A stretch of 64,000 bases of DNA, taken from assembly GCA_012295275.1 (NCBI GenBank), contig CM022673.1, positions 15,624,001 to 15,688,000 on the forward strand, read 5' to 3'. The notes under the pieces are model-generated. The model worked only from the letters and a program-made list of their open reading frames with translations. It had not been told where the DNA came from and ran no database searches. Source of the stretch: Chrysomallon squamiferum. Its lineage: Eukaryota; Animalia; Mollusca. The position numbers were made by a program, and so were the translations under genes. Position 1 is the stretch's first letter. Every line of letters begins with the position of its first letter. Below are positions 1-15,207 of the stretch, piece after piece.

Positions 1-1495
1 ATTAACATCCTAATATTCTTATATGATGGATTTATATATATAAAGTTAAATAAAAAATGTGTCTAAATTGTTAGTGTTTGTTATCATATTGTTCCACACA
101 CACACACACACACTTATAAAGGATACAAAATGAAATGCACTGCTCAATAGATGTCTTTACACAAGCCTTTATAAGCCAGAGTACCTTTCCTTGCAGTATT
201 TAATATACCTATCACAACAATATTTATATATTTTTATTATATTTCTATTACTGACAGTACCTTAATAATATTCATATATTGACAGTTATAAGTATCTATT
301 ATTAAAAGCCTTTCTTTGTTATAATAGTATTAAACATTATATAATTTGTGTTTCAAATTTAGTATGTTTTTATCTTATGGATAGACTAAAATAAAGCATT
401 TATTTCTAGATTTATCAATTAGCAGCAAGATGCATTCCAAATAGAGTATTTTTTTTCTTCTAAAGGATATATTGGGTTCTGTCTGAAATGGAAAACAAAT
501 TTTTGGTCAGAACACTGAATAGAATTAATCCTAATTAACTGCACAACTTTGAAGTGTGTGAAAACAATGAACTTTTAAAAAATCGTATCCATGTAATTAT
601 ATTCTTCATGGGAACACATTATTTTTGTCCTGCAGATAATAACGTGGTAACCAGAGATTGGATGTCATTCTTTTAACAAAAGTTCTTGAATTTAAGCTCC
701 CTTCTTGTTACGTTAAATGTCAACCCTCCCAACATGTTTGATAAGACGTCGTCATGTTCTGTAAGAGATGACAAAAAAAAAAAAAAAAAAAAAAAAAAAG
801 GAGAAAAAGGAATTACTACATGTAAAACAGAAAAGACAACAAATCTTAGGGCGTGTTTGTCAACATTAAATGCATAAATGTCTAATGATATCGTATATTA
901 CACTACGTACAAGTTAATGTCATATGTGTCTGGGGACTAAGCTTGTTCGGGCATTTAACTGTAAGATTATACCTTGAAGTTTAAAGATAGACAAGTCATA
1001 AAGTGCAGATTGTAAAATGGACATGTTGTCGAAAGTTCGACGAAATAGGAGGGCTGTAAGCCTTATTGGTATTGCCGAATGGGGAAGAGACGTGCTTTTC
1101 TAAACAATAATGTTGATTTATTGAAAACAATAGCAAAAGAAAACTTTATTGTTAGGTAGTCGTCATCGTCTTTCTCTCATACATATATACAACACATACT
1201 CAGAAACATATACACGTTTTTATTTAAACTGTAGTGTAAAGATTCGTTAAATACTTCACGTGTTCACTTAAACACGCAGATACACGAAGCTACTCTCGCA
1301 AGCTCTCATTGTCGCGTTTGTACATAAAGAAATGTGTTTCTGAACAGGTAATGGAGTAATGTTTAATAATCAACACAGGAGAATTTACCTAAACTTAATA
1401 TTTTAAGTTACGTTAACAAAAGAGCGTAAGATGTAAACTGTTTTTATCTCTACGTAACGTTTGAACTGAAAACAATTTTCAGGTTACGCCTCATA

Positions 1496-1531
<36 letters not shown>

Positions 1532-1917
1532 TTAATCATCGGCTCTGAGGCGTCGTTCTTAAAACTGTGACCTGTTATTTTAAAACGCCCACCGCCGCCA
1601 CACAAGTTGTTCTTTCCAGAACAGTTACTTCATTTTGTTTATAACTTACAGATGCAAGAAAGCACATAATCATTACTCATTTTTAAATTATAGGGTAATG
1701 TTTATGAATAATTGTTTATGTATGACTGCATAATTATCGTGTGAATACGTTTTAGCTATATGTAAGAATGTGGTATGTTTTTGGTACGTGTATGTGCATC
1801 CACTTACATATGTATACATGTATATGGGTTTATACATGTAGGTATGTATGTATGTATGTATGCTTGCATCTATGTATGTATACATGCATATATGTAGGTC
1901 TGTTAATATTGGTGTAT

Positions 1918-2518
1918 CGGTGGCTGGAAAAAAGTCACAGAAAAAAGTTACAAAATGTATGGGTTCGTAGAGTATTGAACTGTATTTTAATTGTTAAGCT
2001 TATTGGTTAAGCTAGATTAAAGAAAGAGGCTTCATATTGTGCAGGGGTGGTGACTTGTTACACTTATTAATTAGGATCAGTTAGGCAGGATTAAGTCTAG
2101 CTTACTGATTAGGATAGATTTAAATTAAGGGCTTCCTGTTGTAAATGATTTATAAAATGTTCTATGTTAAAATGTGTTTCACTATATATTCTCCAGCTTG
2201 CTCTAGTATCAGAATCATGTTTAATATGGAAGTTATTCATAGCAATAAGGGTGGTAACAAAATCTGTTATGAGGGGTTAATGTATACCAAACATGCAACT
2301 CGCAAAACAAAGTTGTGGTGGATATGCGTCAAAAGATCAAGTTGTATTTGATAGAATTTCTTCGTGGTATTGGGTGGAACATCCGCCTAAACCACTAACA
2401 TTAAAATCAAATAACATTAAAATCAAAGAACATTAACAAAAAAATGTGTTTAATCTATATTTCATTTCTAATATATTTCTTAATCTTAATTAAATATTGT
2501 GACTTTTTTCCTAGAATC
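1918..2518 (+). mobile_element. Internally deleted Mutator-like (Phantom-type, FLYWCH) DNA transposon
   Basis: 2226-2345 encodes MEVIHSNKGGNKICYEGLMYTKHATRKTKLWWICVKR (FLYWCH zinc-finger start). It abuts out of frame with IEFLRGIGWNIRLNH* (2351-2398, resembling a MULE transposase C-terminus). A 14-bp subterminal inverted repeat GGAAAAAAGTCACA sits at 1926-1939 and 2498-2511. Confidence 0.75.
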
Positions 2519-2842
2519 ACTTATGAATGTATGCATGCATCTATATATGTATACATGTATATATGTTGGCTTATCAATATGTATCAATATGTACACGTAC
2601 ACAGAAACAGAGTAGACTGTATTTTATAGAGCACGAGGTTGAGGGGGTCATAATGACAGCAATACTGACGACAACCAAAAAAAACAACAGACAAGAGATC
2701 ATACACAAGGTCATTAGTGACAAAATATTTTAGTTATGCGCACCAAGGCTACTCTTACAATTCCAAATCATGAATGACTGACCATATGAATGAATCCAGA
2801 CTCGTTAATAATATTTCAATAGATTTTGATGTAGGTACGGCC

Positions 2843-2947
<105 letters not shown>

Positions 2948-3480
2948 TTAGATTACCTTGCGTTATATGCATATATACATACATACATACACAGAAGATA
3001 ATACGTAACAACAACGCATAATTCTTTAAACATTTTTTTTTAATATGACCACACAAATTGTCAATTTTAAATGAGTTTAAATGACATGATATCGACCAAA
3101 ATACAGTGGTAGCAAATCGACACATGAAGTCAGCATGCACAGACACTAAAACATATCCCATTATGTCGATTCATACGTCATGATGTCGACGCTGGTCGAA
3201 CGGGGTTCGGAAGGTTGCACCACTGTCACGATCTGTTTTAATGTCACATGTGCCTCCGACCACGGGATTAACGATAAAATACTATTTTCTTATCTGCACT
3301 TGTATGATCTGAAAACCATCCTTTGATGGAACGAAACACTTAATAAACACGACAGTACGTATTACGTACTTGGCACTACTTGTCTATTCTAGTGTTTTAG
3401 TTGTTTTTCTGTTCTGATATCCATCGTGAGAAAATAAAGAAACCATGCCATAAGTGCGAATGTACGAACAGGCAGATAGA

Positions 3481-3528
<48 letters not shown>

Positions 3529-5004
3529 CATGGTGAAGGTAGGGAGGTAAAGATGGAAAGACAAAAACTGACATAAGCATAGATAGATACACAGACAGAC
3601 ATACAGAAAGAAAGGTAGTGGCTGGAACAGCAGACAGATATAGCACTCATAGGCGTTAGATTTTTTCGTTATTGATGTTTTTAGTGTTGTCTGACGCCAG
3701 TATTTTATTGTATTTATTTTTTATTTTTTATTATTATTTTTTATTTTTTTGGTCGTTTTTCGTCTAATTCAAGAAAAAAACAAAATAAAGTCAGAATCCA
3801 ATTAAACGTAAAAATTTCACATGAGTAATGCTTACAGAAGGCGCTACTGAAATTAATTTAATGGTCCTTTCTTGTTTCGTTGTTTTTTGGTGAAGTTTTT
3901 TCTTGCTTGTTTTCCCTTTGTTAAATTGAATGACCCTCTAACCTTTTCCTCGTGACTTCATAAATATATTTAATTGACTGTTAATTTAAAAGGTAGTTCA
4001 AATGCGCCTCTTTCTGACATATTCGACATTTATCTTTGTGAAAGGTAATTACATTCAGGTGCACTTTCAGCAGATTTCTCTTGTTTTCATTCGTTTGATA
4101 CAAGGAGGTGGCAAGAGCTCGAGTCCGTATCTCGAATGGTGACGGAAGTTCTCGAAATTCTTTGTCTACTTACGTAAACAAACAAAGACTTGATTTTTAT
4201 CTTTCAAGATAATGAAATATTTCTTATGTTAGTGCAATATTTATTTATTTATTTATTTATTTATAACTGTAAATTATTTGTTTTTCGTTTCTTTTCATTC
4301 TTTCATTATACATGTGTGTGCACGTGCGTATACATATAATATGGAGGGCTTTTTTATGTGAAAGTTCTTAAAACTTTCCAAATATATTGGTCAGTATTAT
4401 TCAGCAACAATTAATACTTATGATAATGTCGCATTTTCTATTCTTATACTACTATTTTTTTTCTTTTTTTTTTCTTATGCTTTCACGAGTACTAAGACAA
4501 GATACACATAACAGATTAATGGGCTTGCCAAAGGATCATGTTTGACACGAATAACATGATAATGTAAACCTATATACATGATACGAAACTTTTTACATCG
4601 CGTTTCTTCAGTTTCTTTTACGTGTGTCTTAAATATACATAGACGAAATTACTCACTGATGTACCTGCACGTAGAAAAACCGTGACATATCGTGATACAT
4701 ACATGCAAAAAGATTTCCGCTTACGCATGCACATATATTTATGCACGCAGGCACACACTCACAAACACACACACACGAACGCACAGTAAAAATTCAGCCT
4801 TCTTACTCAGTGATTATTAAACTACTCCGAGGTCTGTTAGTTCGCACTATCGTCTCTCATCAGTATCTGACCCAGTTCTCCGAGTATTTAAAAGGTTTGA
4901 TGGTAGATTTAGTTAGAGCATCATCCCAGGATTGTTTCAGGAATGAGAGTACTCTCAAATTGTGCATCATTAATTTGAGTCTGTTTGTGTGTGTATATAC
5001 TTTG

Positions 5005-5141
5005 TGAACATTGGCCACACAGGGCATATGTTTATAAAACAAATACGCTGAAATTAAAGTTGAAGGTTAAAATATTTTTTTCAACAAATTTTGACGTTAG
5101 TAACCTACATGCAAGGGCCTTGGATTTTATTGACATTTAAG

Positions 5142-5201
<60 letters not shown>

Positions 5202-5524
5202 TATGTATGCATGTATGTATCTGTGTTTGTGTAAGTGTGTCATTACATCTATATAATACATCTAGTCAGTACGATTAAATTAAAAAATATATATATATAT
5301 ATATTGAGTTTTGACCTCTTTTGTTTTGTTTTTATCATCGGTATTCGGAACATGTACGACACTTAACAACCACTAATATTAAAATGTATTGACTTTTCTT
5401 TTAACATTCCTTGAATAATTGGTTTACTGTAACTATACCAGTGTTCTGAATAGTTGATTTTTTATCTGAGGCATAATTTATTCTTAATTAATTTAAATGT
5501 GAAAGTAGAGAGCGACAGACAAAG

Positions 5525-5598
<74 letters not shown>

Positions 5599-6141
5599 AT
5601 GAATTTAACGAATCAATCAATAAGGTAAATAAATTAACATTTCGTCTGAAAGGAAACAGAAGAAGACAAAAAGCAAAAGGAAATAAAGAAAAGCAAAACA
5701 GAGAAGGAAAGACAAAAGTGCGATAATAAAGAAAACAGTAAAACACAACGAGAGACCAGTTACCTATTAAACTACATTAATTATTTTTCTGCACAAGAAA
5801 TAATTCGTTTTCGGGTATGTATAGACAGAAAGAAGTTCAAGGAAGTGTAATAACCCAAATAAAACTTCAGCTACAAATAAATAAATAAATAAGAGAACAA
5901 GAACAAAAGGCTTTGGTTGAATTTTATTTGAATATTAACTGAAAGAAGCAGAAAGAGAAGATAAAAATTAACAAGGATTAACTCAAAGGAAACATAATTC
6001 TATTATTTAAAATTTTAAAGTGAAAATTGAACACTGGCAACACATGACGTATGTTTATAAAACAATCACATTGAAATTAAAGCTGAAGGTTTTCCACAAG
6101 CTTTGACATTAGTAACCAATATGCCTCGGATTTCACTAACA
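5005..6141 (+). repeat. Diverged direct duplication (~5005-5135 and ~6028-6141)
   Basis: Shared TGAACA..GGC.ACACA...TATGTTTATAAAACAA...TGAAATTAAAG.TGAAGGTT...TTTGAC.TTAGTAACC, offset ~1.02 kb. Confidence 0.8.
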
Positions 6142-6188
6142 AATAATTTGTGAAAACTGGACAAGATGAATTGCAGACAAATTATTTA

Positions 6189-6280
<92 letters not shown>

Positions 6281-7469
6281 CTCTCTCTCTATTTCTCTGA
6301 CTGCCATTCTATCTATCTTACTTAACTATTTACCTCTATCTGTATGTATCTATATATTCAGTTTATCTAGTACATATATCTCTATTCTATATACTGCATG
6401 GATTGATGGACAGATAAAGAATGGGATGGACAGATCGACGGATGGATTTTTTCAAGAATGCAAGGGTAGATAGACAGATTAAATATGTCAACAAAGCATC
6501 TGAAACAAAAATACATTCATTTCTGACATCTGTTCATATATAACAATATTAATTTTTAGCTCTCTTTGCATTTGAAGTAATAACAACAATAAAACAAAAT
6601 TATCATGTTAGCCATTATACAAACGCAGGGTTTCACAATGTAAAAATGACGTTAGTTATGAAAACAAGGTTATCAATATCAGTTCAGGAATTACGTCTGG
6701 CTGTAATGAAATGCGTGTGAAAGAATAACAATGCGCCGAATCAACCTGTATTTTTTTTTTTTTTTTTTTTTTAATTTAATCATTGCACAACTGTCCTTGA
6801 TTGTAGATCATGGCCAACAGAGACAAATAATTATACTATTAATCACAGAATTGTTAGTTTTGAGGTTAAATCTCTGTGTTCGGGATTTTTTTGTTTGTTT
6901 GTTTGTTTGTTTTATAATTATATAACAGTAAGAGTACTTAATAATGGACATTCGGAAGAATCCAGATTTGTTCAGTGTATAACAATCAGAACTTAAAGCA
7001 TGGAATGCAATCTGATGTAGTTATAAAACTTGATATTGTCATGGATAAAGGAGATATTCTAAATTTGCTAATTTTATAACAAGTTCAAACCAGACGGATA
7101 CAGTTTAAATAGCAACATAACTTTCATTTTCACAGAAAAATAAACCAATTCAAAACCTGATGATTTTACAGAAGTTAATATTGCAGATATGATTTAGAAC
7201 GAATGTAACCACAGAACAGTGATTCACATGAATCAACAAGATAATCTAAATTGGGTGATTTTACGACACTTTACATATAATTTAACAGGTGTTTGATAAT
7301 TTATGATCTTATTTGTTATACATGCATAGCTCTTCATCACTCTGATCACATTTAATAATCTGAAATTGTGCTTACATTTTTTTACTTCATACAATCAGTT
7401 ATATGACTGTTTTGTGCATTACCAATATATCTGATTACTGGATCTTAGAGGATTACAAGAGAAATTATT

Positions 7470-7475
7470 TTTATT
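7470..7475 (-). terminator. Possible polyadenylation signal AATAAA
   Basis: Lies 2 nt after the stop codon of exon 4. The hexamer is common in this AT-rich DNA, so a more distal site may be the one used. Confidence 0.3.
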
Positions 7476-7477
7476 CG

Positions 7478-7583
7478 TTATATGTTCTGTGTACACTTCA
7501 GCATCAGTCCCGCCATCGCAAAGTAGAATCTTCTGTTGCTGTTTGGCTGCTGTGGTGAACCGTCTTTGTGAACGCACCAGCAT
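7478..7583 (-). CDS. Coding exon 4 (terminal): C-terminal half of thyroglobulin type-1 domain
   Basis: Acceptor cttacctgttgtcgttgcag|A, phase 2 matching exon 3. Translates (R)CWCVHKDGSPQQPNSNRRFYFAMAGLMLKCTQNI* with the diagnostic CWCV-xxx-G motif and the sixth Cys. The track shows a different frame here. Confidence 0.92.
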
Positions 7584-7647
7584 CTGCAACGACAACAGGT
7601 AAGTTCGTTAATTCTATTTTTGAAGAAAAAAAAAGGAAAAGAAATTG

Positions 7648-7700
<53 letters not shown>

Positions 7701-7921
7701 AAATAAGAATATGTAAGAACATTAATAATAATAATAATGATAATAATGAAGATGATGACGATTTTCACCATAATTATTGTCGTGAAACTGAAAATGAAAA
7801 TATAAATGGCGTCATTCTCACACCTTAATATATAAGGATCTATAGCAAAGTAAAAGAGAGTATATTTTCCCCAGTCTAGATATTTAAAACCAAATACAAA
7901 ACCAAACAGACTCAACTGTCA

Positions 7922-8041
<120 letters not shown>

Positions 8042-8674
8042 AGTCTCGCGCCCCCTTTTGCTTTTAAATTAACATACATCTGAATAGTAATTATTAAACA
8101 AAAGATATTGGCGTACGTAATTAAAGTGATGAATTTCTTTGGCTTGGACGTTCTTTCGATTTCCGGTATAATAAAAATAACAATAGTATCTTTGAAGTTT
8201 TATTTGCACACTTTTTCCTATTTGAAAGGATGCAATTAACTATGCACAAGGGTGTAATATCAGTCCGCTTAATAAATAATTTACAGTGTAAAATGTATCA
8301 GTTTCTGTAGAAACTCGCATATTGTATTCAATTTTGTCTTACTTCAATTATAGTCTACATAAGCACTCGGCGAATTAAATGGCCGATTTATTCATTTCGG
8401 GATAACGCATATATGTTTACTGGTAGATAGATAGACAAACACAGAGACAGACAGACAGAGAGTCGGAGCAGAATTTGAAGAAAATGAGAGAACTGTTACT
8501 CAGATATGTAGATATAGCAGACAGACAGACAAAAAGACGAGAGTCAGAGAGATAGAGAGACATACATTTACTGAATTTAGGTGAATTAAAATTAGTGTCA
8601 AATATAGAAATTACTGGAGAAAAGAAACAAGACAAAATAGAATAAAATATAATATAAACAAGTAATATAGAAAT

Positions 8675-8727
8675 AATAATAGTAATAGCAGTAGTAGTAG
8701 TAGCAGTAGTAGTAGTAATAGTAGTAA

Positions 8728-8762
<35 letters not shown>

Positions 8763-8780
8763 ATAATAATAATAATAAAA
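8675..8780. repeat. (AGT)n/(AAT)n trinucleotide tract
   Basis: Direct reading. Other AAT/TTA tracts near 3481, 7649, 16045, 20182, 43655, 44562. Confidence 0.9.
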
Positions 8781-10379
8781 ACAGAAATAAAATTAGTATC
8801 AGATACAAAATATAATTAAACATGGACAGGCACGGCATTACGTCTGTTAAACTAATCAATCACAAGTGATAGCTGTCACATGATGAGAGAATTAATCTAC
8901 GTTTGTGTGTTAATATCTTTAAGGTATTCAGTGTCTCCACGATCAAAGCTTAACCTTTTAACTGAGATAAATATTCAGCTGATATGTAAATAGTAAGTGT
9001 ATAGGTAACATGCACCTGTGCTGGGTTTGCCAATGTGTTCTAAAATACAGTCTACCCACACAAAGATATGTTTACCTATAATATTGTTACCTGTAATTTC
9101 AAACGCTTTGTAATACCTGAATGTTCTGACAAAAACACGAAAATGCTCCACGACTGTTTTTTATATCTACGGAATGTCACATAAAGAAACGTTTGCTGCC
9201 AGTCCATAAGAGTAACACATGGAGTGAAGAGTTTAAGTTCTATCACATCATTTTTATAATAAATAACTATGAACATAATCAGAGTTTCAGAGAGAATTTG
9301 AATGTTGACAAAATATGTCTCTGTCTGTATATGTATGTATCTATGTTTCTATGTATGTATGTATGTATGTATGTATGTATGTTTGTATGTATGTATGTAT
9401 GTATGTATGTATGTATGTATGTATGTATGTATGTATGTGTCTCTGAGTATTTGCGTCCGTGTGTCTCTGTGTATGTTTGAATAGGTAAAAGAAATGAATT
9501 TATTCTGTCTCTGCATATGATATAAATTGTCTGAGACGTTTGTTTGCAGTCAGCAGATGCAAGACTCCTTACATATATAAAACCCTGCAAAAAAACTGTA
9601 CTTGTAAGAACTTGTAAGTAAAATATCTGCAAAAAAAAAAAAAAATCACATTTATAGAACATGTTAGAATGTCAATCACTTCCAGTATTACACTGCCAGT
9701 ATTACAGCTCGTTTCACGATCTACAGAGTCACATCTGCAGACGAATTAATTCTGAGTAGTACACGTCTTGACAATCGTACCCATTAGTCTATTCATCCCA
9801 CTGTTTGCTGGGCTATTTACGTAACGTACCCACCATTTAGGCCCACTAAATCGTTTTCACTACCGCCAAACCAGACCTCTACACAATGCTACTACACACA
9901 GACGGAATAAAGCTAACACCTGTATGATTTTTCTTCTTTAAGAAAAAGATAAAGAGAGATAAAAAAAAAAAAAAAGAAGTCTACTCTACTCTATGCTCTT
10001 GCTAAAACAGCTAGAATCATAACATGATAATGTCGGAGGTCTGTCGCTGCCAAAACTGTTTTCACAGTATAACGAAGCTGACAATTAAATGCCACAGGCC
10101 AACTGTTCTGACATTTATAGTTAAATAATTACAGATTCAAAATGTAAGGGGTAAGGGAAATAACTGATTAAAAATACGAGAAAGTAAAATAAAGAGAGGA
10201 CATCTCTAATTACTAAATAATTACAGATATGCTGTTTAGTGTCCTGAATTAACAACACTAAATTAATATTGATAGACTACGTGAGATATATCAGTTTGTC
10301 ACACTGCATCTAATTTTGTTCTCAGTGAATCTGTATTATATATATATATATAGATATAGATATAGATTTAGATATAATT

Positions 10380-10380
<1 letters not shown>

Positions 10381-10455
<75 letters not shown>

Positions 10456-10460
10456 ATAGA
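10381..10460. repeat. (GATA)n microsatellite
   Basis: Direct reading. Confidence 0.95.
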
Positions 10461-11277
10461 TACAGATATAGATACAGATATATTATTAGATCGTGGTTGC
10501 TATTGGTATTACTGGTACGATTATTTCAAAATTACCATAATTCTACCATTAGTACTATTGCTGCTACTGCTATTTTGCTACAACAACTACTACCCTGACT
10601 GCTACTAAAACAACTAAGACCACCACAGTCACCACATGCCTTTACTACTATTACTGCCACTACTGCAAATTCTACTTATACTAAAATAAAGCAACAACTG
10701 CTATTACTAGTAGTACAATTACAGAAGTAGCGGATGTAGTTGTAACAGCAGTAACAATTTAGTGTTATTACAACTACATCCGCTACTTCTGTAATTCCTG
10801 TTTCTAATGCTTCTTCTTCTACTAATACTGCTACCATTGTTACTACAATATCTACAGCTACTAATACTTCTTATTTGTTCTTCTACGACATAAATTTCAA
10901 TACAACTGAAGTCGTGAAGTCTAGACAATTACAATTTCTACAGTATTCTATAATCCCAGGCAGTCGAGAACAGTAATATCCACATTCGGCAATCTTAAAT
11001 GCTGGTTCTTAGAAAGTCTACATAATCCATTATGCAAAATTGTGAAATCCACAATAACAAATTTAACTACAGACATGTCTTTATTTTTTTTATATTTATA
11101 TTTGTTTTGTTTTTTTTGTTTATTACTTTTTCTAACATTTTATGCATGAATATAATTTTTTTTTAATTATTTATTTATTTATTTATTTTTTATTATTTAT
11201 TTATTTATTTATTATTATTTATTTTAATGTTGATACTACTACTACCAAGTATTATAATTTCTCCTTTTTATTTCACT

Positions 11278-11316
<39 letters not shown>

Positions 11317-11688
11317 AATCATACTGGTAATTACAGACATTTTATATATAGATACAAATTATTTTATTTATTTATTTAAACGTATCATATAAAATTATCA
11401 TAATTTCTTTAATATCTATATAATGACATCAACAACAGCGGTATATTAGAAACCGGTGTTTACAAGTAATTCACCCTGTGATATAATGATAATGTAAGGA
11501 ATTCTGCTTTCATTTAGCTGACGTTTCTTTGTATCAGACGAGCAATATTTATGGACAAACTGTACTGACATATATCCATTACGGTGATAGGTAAATTATG
11601 GATAAATTCCAGAGCAACGAGTTGGCGTAATTGAATTTTGCCTTAAGTTCATTGTGACTTTGTTACTTATTGTACACACACACACACA

Positions 11689-11736
<48 letters not shown>

Positions 11737-13429
11737 CATACATATGTACACACACAGAAATGTTTACAGTCACAAATATACATATAAATACAAATAATTA
11801 AGAAGGCAGAGAGACGTGGAGAGGGAGTTATGATTCATTAAAATGTGTTTTGTCACGAGTGCTTTTAAATTAGACTGAAATTAACTAAGAACAACAACAA
11901 ACAAAAATACTGCTACTGCTTCTACCATTTCTATTAATGCTACTACTATTTCTCTACTGTTAATAATAACAGCAGCAACAACAACCATAACAATAATAAT
12001 AATAATATAATATAATAAAAGTAAAAGAAAGAAGACAGCTTTAAAAAAGAAAAAAAAAAGACTGTCATTAAAACAAAAAAGAAAAAGAAAAAAGAAAAAA
12101 ACGTGGCCTAAAACCACTGCGAATATTCCTTTGTGAACTGAGTTCTGTGTTAATTAATAACGAGAGATTCTGATGACACTGAACCACACAACCTAACATG
12201 TAAAAAAAGAAAAAAAAAATGAAAATAAAACGAAAAAGAAAGAAAAATATCTCGTCAAATATTATTAATAAACTATTTCTATGCCATCACGTCTTCGGGT
12301 AAAGAAGCACACCTTCTTTGTTATGTTTGTGCAATTGGGCATCGTGAAATATGAAAAGAAGTCGGCCATTGGATAGGTGACCCCATCTTTGTTATCCAAT
12401 TGCTTAAACCCTTTTTAATAGCTTATAAGAGGAAGAAAAAACAGCCTGATCGGGTACGCTGTCACCCGACACACCCTGAAATGTCTTTCTCTTGTTCTGT
12501 CGGTTTTAATCACATTCCTTGGGTATAAAATGCTTTGAAAAACATTTTCATAAAAGGAAATCAATTTTCGGTGAAACTTAATACCGAATAATGTGTTTAC
12601 GTTTGTTGGGAGGATTGGAAGAGTGGAGGAGTTTGTAAGAAATTTATTTTTAAACACACGAAAATGAAAATGACTGACGTTATCGGCAAAGTACCGGGTG
12701 TGTTAGATTAATATAACCTGCAGTATCGTATAATGAATGTTTAGCGATATGGAAATAATTCACAACATTTAATTAAATATTCAAGATTAGGTATGGTTCT
12801 CAAAATACACACTTAATGGGGAGGGTGTGGGTGTATGCGTGTGTACGTGTTAGTTCTGTTAATTACGATTGAATGATAAAACCTTTAAAATACATATATC
12901 AATACATATATATGCATGAATGAATAATTACATGCACACATACATACATATTCATACACAGAGACACACACACACATATACACATACAAACATACAAACA
13001 TACAAACGTACATACATCATACATACATACAGAGATATATATATATATATACATACAAGCATACATACATGATGAAAATATTATGAGATAAAAAATAGCA
13101 TTGGCTAAGAAAACTAAAACAGAAATAGAAAGAAATGCGATAAATCTTAGCAACATAGGAAGGCTATCAACTGAGGGTTAAAAGTCAAGATGTTGTTTAA
13201 AGACATCAAAGTTCACCTACTCCAAACGTCGACTATCGCGAACAAACTTACAAGATCATGTAGGCGTTTGTGTTTAGCAGCAGAAGTCCAAGTTTGCTTT
13301 AACACCGGTTTATAACACTTCGTCATCGACAAAATATTAAGCTAACACACCGTATATATATATATCTATATACGTTTCCACACCCACACGCAGACATACG
13401 TGTGTGTTTGTGTGTGTGTGTGTGTGTGT

Positions 13430-13505
13430 GGATACGTATATAAATATCTAACATGTAATAGAGAGAGAGAGAGATATTACATGTTAGATATTTATATACG
13501 TATCC
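13430..13505. repeat. Perfect 31-bp inverted repeat with (GA)7 loop
   Basis: GGATACGTATATAAATATCTAACATGTAATA at 13430-13460 and its exact reverse complement at 13475-13505. Confidence 0.95.
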
Positions 13506-13521
13506 TCTCACTCTCTCTTTC

Positions 13522-13618
<97 letters not shown>

Positions 13619-14086
13619 TAAGCTTTGAAAAATAAATAAATAAAACATTAGGCAACAGAATATCATAAAATGTAATGTAATAAAAACAAACAACGAGATT
13701 GTAACCCAAAAAGAATGCACTTTCCCTCGCATAGTTTTATCCGTTTACAAAAACCCAAATGGAATCATTTTTGTCTGTCGGTGTTAAAATAGAGTTTACA
13801 TAAGCCAAATTAAACGTTTATTCTTCGTTTTGATAATTTTCCCATGTTGCAGCACGTAATGCTATGTTTACAGAAACCAATAGACAGAATGGTTTGTTTG
13901 ACACATACAAAAATAATCAGTTAAAGATATGTTTCCAAGAATAGTATCTAATGAGGCACAATTGTACTTTCCAATGTTAAATCATTTTGTTTATATCAGT
14001 CAAAGGAAACGTGTTAAGCTACCCTATAAGTGAATATCCAAAACGTTGCAGCTGTAGTACCAGTAGTTGTTAGAGTGATAGCAACT

Positions 14087-14211
<125 letters not shown>

Positions 14212-15109
14212 TCAAACATACAAAGACACTGGAATCAACTGTCATATAAAACTATGAAACAACGATTAACAAACGTAATTCAATTTAAATTTTCATTTTC
14301 ACGATGTTAAAGAATGCCGAGTGTAATAAATCGAACATTATAAAATAGCTGGAAAAGTCGTTTACGCCGTAATGCATGGCGTTGTATTTACAAGTTATCA
14401 GAACGGAAGAGATTATTTTTTAATTTTCTTTCATTTTTTTCACAATTCATTCCTTTTTTGTCATTATCTATTTAAGATTTAAGCTCTTCAGTTCATTCCT
14501 TCTTTTATTCATTCACACAGAAGTGTTTATTCATGTATTTATTCTTTCTTTCATTCAGACAGGAAACCTTTTATTCATTCATTCATTCATTATTCCATCC
14601 AGACAAGCAAGATATTTTCATTCATTCGTTCATTCACGGAGACAGGATTACAATCTCTGTCAGACAGCCAACCATTCAATCAACAAGTCATTTCGTAATT
14701 TTCAACACTTTTACAAATTTCCACATTTAACTGTAACTTTCTACTCACGCACCTGTGCCTGGTTCACATGTCTGTCATTCACATTGATCAGAAAGTGTAC
14801 CTAACAGTCTAGGTAAAAACGTGGATATTTAAAAATAAAAAATAAAAAATTTGTTTTTCAGAAAACCAAGCCACTCTCTATAGTTTTAGCCATTCTCTTT
14901 TTAACAATTACCAGCGTCCTAACAATTAATATGGCTTTATTTATTTATTTGTTTGTTTGTTTGTTTGTTTGTTTGTTTGTTTGTTTGTGTGTCTGTCTGT
15001 TTGTTTGAGCTATTTTATTTTATTTCTATTATTTAGCCATTCGTTTATTAAACTGTCGGTAAACATAGTAAGATAGACATAAAAATAAATAATGAGAAGG
15101 TGAGTGAGT

Positions 15110-15207
<98 letters not shown>

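Noticed and set aside
7502-7598. Apparent plus-strand exon with cag| acceptor and CAG|GTAAGT donor, open as SVPPSQSRIFCCCLAAVVNRLCERTSICNDN
   Set aside because: The minus strand encodes the CWCV half of the TY domain in exact phase with exon 3; the plus reading is most simply its shadow.
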